Source: Candidatus Undivivens industriae
Lineage (GTDB): Bacteria > Omnitrophota > Gorgyraeia > Gygaellales > Profunditerraquicolaceae
DNA: 64,000 bases
Assembly: GCA_012514745.1 (NCBI GenBank)
Contig: JAAYZR010000001.1
Coordinates: 7,877 to 71,876 of the forward strand
Reading direction: 5' to 3'
Shown: positions 59,248 to 64,000 of the stretch, one piece after another
Layout of the letters: each line of letters starts with the position of its first letter
How positions within the stretch are numbered: position 1 is the stretch's first letter
Notes under the pieces: model-generated
What the model was told of the DNA's origin: nothing
Seen by the model: only the letters and a program-made list of their open reading frames with translations
The model's database searches: none
Made by a program: the position numbers and the translations under genes

Positions 59248-60550
59248 AATACGGATCATAATATTCTCCGTCATACTGTTTGCGGCGGCCGCGCTCCTTG
59301 GGGTGGATATGACAGTGCCGCCTCTGCTTTTGGCGGTTGTGGCGTCTCTGACGCTCTTCCGCAAGAAATGCGGACTGGACAACTGCAACTTGCTTTACCT
59401 GTCGCTTTTATTCACCCTCATTTTCTCCTGGAGTTTCTTCGTCATAAATAACGGTCTGTGTATTTTTTACATACCTTTCGCGCTTATCCCAATGCTGGCG
59501 ACACTGCTTTTTTCCAGCTTGGAACTTTCGTTCCTGCTGACCGTGGCGGTATCTTTCTCCGTCGCCGCCCTATACGGCGGCAAGCTGGATATAGCGGTCT
59601 TTTTCCTGGTCAGCGGTATGTTTTCCTCCATACTGGTGAAGGAAACCCGGCGCAGAATGGACGTGATAAGGGCGGGGGTCGTGGCCGGGATCATCCAAGC
59701 CGCGCTTTTCGTGTTAATGGAAGGATTGAAACTGAACGGCAGCTGCGGCATTGCCGCCCTTTTCATAAACGGCCTGATCTCCGGCGTGATAGCCATCGGG
59801 ATACTGCCTGTATTCGAATACCTTTTCAAGACCGTGACCAACATCAGCCTGCTTGAGCTCGCCGACTTCAACCAGCCGCTTTTGCGCAGGATGATACTGG
59901 AAGCCCCCGGGACTTACCACCACAGCCTGATCGTAGGCAATCTCGCCGAAGCGGCCTGCGGGGCCATAGGCGCCAACGCCCTTCTGGCGCGTATCGGAGC
60001 TTACTACCACGACATCGGAAAGCTCTCGAAACCGGAATACTTCAGCGAAAACCAGATACCGAGTTTCAACAAGCACGACGACCTTTCGCCGTCTATGAGC
60101 AAGCTGGTCATTATGAACCACGTCAAGGAAGGCTCGGAGCTGGCGGAAAAATACAGATTGAACCCCAAGCTGGCCGATTTTATACGCCGGCACCACGGCA
60201 CCAGCCTTGTCTATTATTTTTACCGCCGGGCGCTGGAGAAGTTCGACGCCGCCAAGCCGGTGGACGAAGAGGGATTCCGTTACCCCGGCCCCAAACCGGA
60301 CACCAAGGAAACCGCGGTGGTGATGCTGGCGGATTCGGTCGAGGCCGCTTCCCGCACCCTCAAGGAGCCGACACCGGCGAACATCGAAGACCTGGTTTAC
60401 AAGATCATCAACAACAAGTTCATAGACGGACAGCTTGATTCCTGCGATCTGACGTTGAAAGACCTCGAGAAGATTTCCGCCGAATTCATCCGAATATTGA
60501 GCGGCATGTACCACAGCCGCATAAACTACCCCGAGAATAACGGCAAGTGA
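59222..60550 (+). CDS. Membrane HD-domain phosphohydrolase (PgpH/YqfF-like)
   Basis: TM region followed by APGTYHHS, YHDIGK, HHGT, RYPGPKP and ADSVEAA; lies between phoH and ybeY. Confidence 0.9.
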   Translation: MIETVLKNKIRIIIFSVILFAAAALLGVDMTVPPLLLAVVASLTLFRKKCGLDNCNLLYLSLLFTLIFSWSFFVINNGLCIFYIPFALIPMLATLLFSSLELSFLLTVAVSFSVAALYGGKLDIAVFFLVSGMFSSILVKETRRRMDVIRAGVVAGIIQAALFVLMEGLKLNGSCGIAALFINGLISGVIAIGILPVFEYLFKTVTNISLLELADFNQPLLRRMILEAPGTYHHSLIVGNLAEAACGAIGANALLARIGAYYHDIGKLSKPEYFSENQIPSFNKHDDLSPSMSKLVIMNHVKEGSELAEKYRLNPKLADFIRRHHGTSLVYYFYRRALEKFDAAKPVDEEGFRYPGPKPDTKETAVVMLADSVEAASRTLKEPTPANIEDLVYKIINNKFIDGQLDSCDLTLKDLEKISAEFIRILSGMYHSRINYPENNGK

Positions 60551-61029
60551 CCCCTGCTGACAAGAAAAAGACCGTTCTGACATTCTTAAATCTACAGAAT
60601 AGACTGCGTTTAGGCGCGGCGTTCCGCGCTTGCGCGGGCCGGGCCGTCTCGGTTCTGCTGAAGGCGGAAGGTTACGCCAAAGGCGGAAGCATAAACGTCT
60701 GCGTGATGGACGACAGCCGGATACGCCGGATAAACGCACTTTACCTCGGGCATGACCGTCCCACCGACGTAATTTCTTTCAACCTTCGTCAGGGCGGCAA
60801 AGAGGCGATGGAGGCCGAGATAGCCGTCTCGGCGCAGGCCGCGGCGCGAAACGCCGCGCAATACGGCAACACGGCGCAAAAAGAACTCCTGGTTTACATC
60901 ATTCACGGGGTGCTGCACGCCCTGGGTTACGACGACCGCACCGCGGCCCAGCGGGCGAAGATGCAAGAGAAGACGGACGCCGTGATAGACAGGATATGCG
61001 GTAAAATGGCGAAACCCCAAAGGCGATAA
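60547..61029 (+). CDS. ybeY: rRNA maturation RNase YbeY
   Basis: PTDVISF and HGVLHALGYD motifs; conserved gene context. Confidence 0.92.
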   Translation: MTPADKKKTVLTFLNLQNRLRLGAAFRACAGRAVSVLLKAEGYAKGGSINVCVMDDSRIRRINALYLGHDRPTDVISFNLRQGGKEAMEAEIAVSAQAAARNAAQYGNTAQKELLVYIIHGVLHALGYDDRTAAQRAKMQEKTDAVIDRICGKMAKPQRR

Positions 61030-61803
61030 ATGGCCATCCTCAAGACAGACGCTTTAGTGATCAACAAACGCGACTTCCGCGAGACTTCTCTGCTGGCGGA
61101 TTTCTATACCAGGGACTACGGCAAGATAAGGGGAATACTCAAGGGGATCAGGAAAGACCCCCGCAAATTCGCCAGCACCGTCGAGCCTTTTTCCCGCAAC
61201 GAAATAATTTTTTACAAAAGCCGGACTTCGACCCTGCATCTGGTGAGCCAGTGCGATATCAAGGAGAACTTCAACGCCATACGGCAGGACCTCAATAGAT
61301 CCGCGGCCGGCAGTATGGTCATGGAACTTCTGGACGCGGTGATGCCGCAGGAGGACAAAAATGAGGAAATATTCGACTTGACGGTTTCGGTGCTGGAGCG
61401 CATGGCCGCCGCATCCGTCTCCGAGAAACTGCTCATCATTTTCAAGATCAAGATGCTGGCGCTTTCCGGTTTCAAGCCGAATTTCGATTCCTGCGTCTCC
61501 TGCGATTCCCGTATCGGCGGAGGGGAGATACGCTTCAGCCTCTCACTGGGCGGTCTGCTCTGTTCGAACTGCCCGCGTAAAGACCCTAAATCGCGCGCCA
61601 TCTTCAGGGGAACAGTCGCCTCCATACAATACATACAGAAAAACGATTTACAGAATACGCTCGGCCTCGGCCTCAATCCCCAGATCAAGAAAGAATTATG
61701 CTTCATTCTCGATTCTTTTATCGCTTTCCACCTCGGCAAGAGAATGAAATCCCAGGCGGTGATGGAGCAATTGCAAGCCCCGGCAGCGGCCGCGGCTCGT
61801 TGA
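61030..61803 (+). CDS. recO: DNA repair protein RecO
   Basis: N-terminal OB-fold pattern (ETS..FYTRDYGK..KG) and CxxC...CxxC zinc site. Confidence 0.92.
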   Translation: MAILKTDALVINKRDFRETSLLADFYTRDYGKIRGILKGIRKDPRKFASTVEPFSRNEIIFYKSRTSTLHLVSQCDIKENFNAIRQDLNRSAAGSMVMELLDAVMPQEDKNEEIFDLTVSVLERMAAASVSEKLLIIFKIKMLALSGFKPNFDSCVSCDSRIGGGEIRFSLSLGGLLCSNCPRKDPKSRAIFRGTVASIQYIQKNDLQNTLGLGLNPQIKKELCFILDSFIAFHLGKRMKSQAVMEQLQAPAAAAAR

Positions 61804-61872
61804 ATTCCGGGGACACAATACAGGCGAGTTTTAATACCCTTTCTTAGATTTTTAAGTATCGATAAACGATAA
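61804..61872. repeat. Short copy of the intergenic repeat family
   Basis: ATTCCGGGGACACAATAC, CGAGTTTTAATA and CGATAAACGATA all match modules within 8217-8537. Confidence 0.7.
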
Positions 61873-61885
61873 AGCAGGAGGCCAT

Positions 61886-62806
61886 ATGAAGATTGCCATC
61901 GTCGGTTCCGGGGCATTAGGTTCTCTGTTGGCAGCCCTTTTTTCCAAGGCGAAGGCCGACGCCGTTCTTTTCAGCCGCTCCAAGGAGCGCGCGGATAAGA
62001 TCGAGCGGGAGGGAATAAACGTGGAGGGGGCGGCCGGCAAATGGAAGGCGCGCGTCAAGGCTTCCTCTTCCTTCGCCGGAATATCCGGCGCGGGCGTTGT
62101 TTTTCTTTGCGTTAAATCCTACGATACCAAAAACGCGGTTTCTTCCTTTAGCCCTTATCTGGCTAAGGACGCCGTAGTGATCAGCCTGCAGAACGGCCTG
62201 GGTAACATCGAGGTAATTTCGGAGGCGGTGGATGAAACGAGGGTCATAGGAGGGGTGACGAACATAGGAGCCACCCTGCTTGAAGACGGCGGGGTGCGTT
62301 ACGCCGGAAAAGGGGAGACCGTGATCGGCAGAACGGACGGAAAGGTTACGGCCGAGATGCGCCCGATCAGGGAACTGTTTTCGTCCTGCGGGCTGGAATT
62401 GCGCATATCCAGGGAGATAAAGAACATCATCTGGTCGAAGCTGGTGCTGAACGCCGGCATCAACGCGCTTTCCGCGGTCCTGCGCCTGCCGAACGGGGCT
62501 CTGGTAAAATCCGAGGGAGCCAGACGCATCATGCGAGCGGCTGTCACGGAGGCGGTCAGGGTGGCTAAACGCAAGAGAATAAAACTGGCCTATGACGACC
62601 CGCTGGCCAAGGCGGAAGCGGTTTGTGAATCCACGGCAGCAAATATTTCTTCCATGCTGCAGGACATACTGGCCGGGAGGCGTAGTGAAATAGACGCCAT
62701 AAACGGAGCGATAATACGTATAGCCCAGGAATCCGGCATACCGGTACCTGTTAATATCCTGCTTAACGATATGGTCAAAAGCATAGAAGATAATTATGCC
62801 GGGTAA
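61886..62806 (+). CDS. panE: 2-dehydropantoate 2-reductase
   Basis: GSGALG, VKSYD, LQNGLG, W.KL..N..IN and SSMLQD...R.SEIDAING motifs. Confidence 0.95.
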   Translation: MKIAIVGSGALGSLLAALFSKAKADAVLFSRSKERADKIEREGINVEGAAGKWKARVKASSSFAGISGAGVVFLCVKSYDTKNAVSSFSPYLAKDAVVISLQNGLGNIEVISEAVDETRVIGGVTNIGATLLEDGGVRYAGKGETVIGRTDGKVTAEMRPIRELFSSCGLELRISREIKNIIWSKLVLNAGINALSAVLRLPNGALVKSEGARRIMRAAVTEAVRVAKRKRIKLAYDDPLAKAEAVCESTAANISSMLQDILAGRRSEIDAINGAIIRIAQESGIPVPVNILLNDMVKSIEDNYAG

Positions 62807-64000
62807 TGCCGACGTAGCCGCGATTTTCCGCTCGACTGCCGCTTTGCTTGAGATAAAGGGCGAGAACATCTTTCGGGTGCGCGCTTATGAAAAAGCGGCG
62901 AGGAATATCGAATCCCTGCCGGAGGACATAAACCTGTTGGCGAAAACCGGGCGTTTACGCGAGATACCAGGCATAGGCGCCGACCTGGAAGCCAAAATAC
63001 AGGAGATAGTTTCCACCGGGGAACTCTCCTTTTTTTCCGATCTAAAAGAAAGCCTTCCTCCCGGACTACCGCAGCTGCTGGAAATTCCTTCTCTGGGGCC
63101 GAAAACCGTGAGCCTGCTTTACAAGCAGGCAAATATAAACAGCCTTTCCGACCTGGAGGCGGCGATTTCTTCAGGAAGACTGCTTACGATACCCGGGATA
63201 AAGGAAAAAAGCCTGGAGAATATGTCGAAGGGCATAAGATTGTTCAAGAGCAGTAAGGAACGTATGCCGCTTCGCGACGCCGAGAGCCTGGCACAAGAGA
63301 TACAAGAGAATTTTCCTCCGGGCTCCTTATCCGTGGCGGGGAGCCTGCGCCGGCGCGTGGAGAGCGTAGGCGATATAGATTTTTTATCTTCTGCCGGAGA
63401 AGGGAACGTCTCGTTTATAAATAATTTCATCGCCGCAGTCGGGGACGCGGAACTGCTGGCGCGGGGCGGGACAAAAGTATCCCTGCGCGCCTCAAGAGGA
63501 ACACAAATAGACCTGCGGTTGGTGAAAAAAGAGGAATACGGGGCAGCGCTGGTATATTTCACGGGTTCCAGGGCTTTCAACGTCAAACTGCGCCACATTG
63601 CCGGGCAAAACGGATATAAACTTAACGAGTACGGGTTATACGACGCCGCTGGAAGCAGGATAGCCGGAAAAACCGAGCAAGAAATATTCTCCCGGCTCAA
63701 GATGTCGTTCGTTCCCCCGGAGCTGCGCGAAGACAGGGGAGAAATAGAGCTCGCGCTTGAGAAACGCCTTCCGCCGCTGGTGGAGCAGAGTATGATCAGG
63801 GGCGATCTGCATACGCATTCCCGCTGGTCCGACGGCGAAGCCGATATCGAAGAAATGGCGGAGGCGGCTAAGGCGCTGGGATACTCGTATATAGCGATTA
63901 CCGACCATTCACAAAGCCTGAAGATCGCCGGCGGGTTGTCTCCGCGGCGCTTGTCCGAGAAACGCAGGGAAATAGCGGCGGTCAACGCCAGGCACAAGGG
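62796..64000 (+). CDS. polX: DNA polymerase X / PHP-domain protein, 3'-truncated by the window
   Basis: Absent from the ORF track because it has no stop in the window. Hand translation from ATG 62796 gives GENIFRVRAY, IPGIG, AGSLRR, GDIDF, FTGS, LNEYG, PELRED, DLHTHS..SDG and ITDHS. Confidence 0.93.
   Translation, partial: MPGNADVAAIFRSTAALLEIKGENIFRVRAYEKAARNIESLPEDINLLAKTGRLREIPGIGADLEAKIQEIVSTGELSFFSDLKESLPPGLPQLLEIPSLGPKTVSLLYKQANINSLSDLEAAISSGRLLTIPGIKEKSLENMSKGIRLFKSSKERMPLRDAESLAQEIQENFPPGSLSVAGSLRRRVESVGDIDFLSSAGEGNVSFINNFIAAVGDAELLARGGTKVSLRASRGTQIDLRLVKKEEYGAALVYFTGSRAFNVKLRHIAGQNGYKLNEYGLYDAAGSRIAGKTEQEIFSRLKMSFVPPELREDRGEIELALEKRLPPLVEQSMIRGDLHTHSRWSDGEADIEEMAEAAKALGYSYIAITDHSQSLKIAGGLSPRRLSEKRREIAAVNARHK

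Noticed and set aside
63119-63997. 292-aa minus-strand ORF
   Set aside because: It is the antisense shadow of polX, which is read on the + strand from 62796.
1-64000. tRNA/rRNA genes, integrases and transposases
   Set aside because: None recognised by eye in the intergenic regions or the ORF track; a covariance-model scan would be needed to exclude small RNAs.

Overview
A 64-kb bacterial chromosomal segment (roughly 50% GC by eye) in which every credible gene lies on the + strand. Gene content suggests an uncultured PVC-group anaerobe such as Omnitrophota, but that is inference only. In order, the window holds: the 3' end (>2,480 aa) of a giant repetitive beta-helical surface protein and a small Dx[DN]xDG-repeat partner; a mosaic intergenic repeat; two tandem GalT-family paralogues and gap; two orphan secreted proteins; an orphan AbiEii-type gene and a C1 peptidase whose 3' end is duplicated; a ~31-kb surface-polysaccharide locus (manC, gmd, wzm/wzt, methyltransferase, GT4/GT2/GT-C transferases, rfbF/G/H, DmpF/DmpG, HpcH aldolase, ThDP enzyme, initiating transferase, O-antigen ligase); an AAA/DUF4143 gene between 356-bp direct repeats; a three-gene secreted-lipase locus; and housekeeping genes (HU, hisS, short aspS, LysM, phoH, HD hydrolase, ybeY, recO, panE, polX). 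The strongest leads are (1) the two GalT paralogues have lost complementary halves of the shared active site, predicting an obligate heterodimer; (2) a DmpFG + ThDP module inside a CDP-3,6-dideoxyhexose operon predicts a long-chain C4-branched, erwiniose-like sugar; (3) a self-contained AAA/DUF4143 cassette with a perfect palindrome sits inside a large duplication with no recombinase. All calls come from reading motifs by eye; no searches were run.
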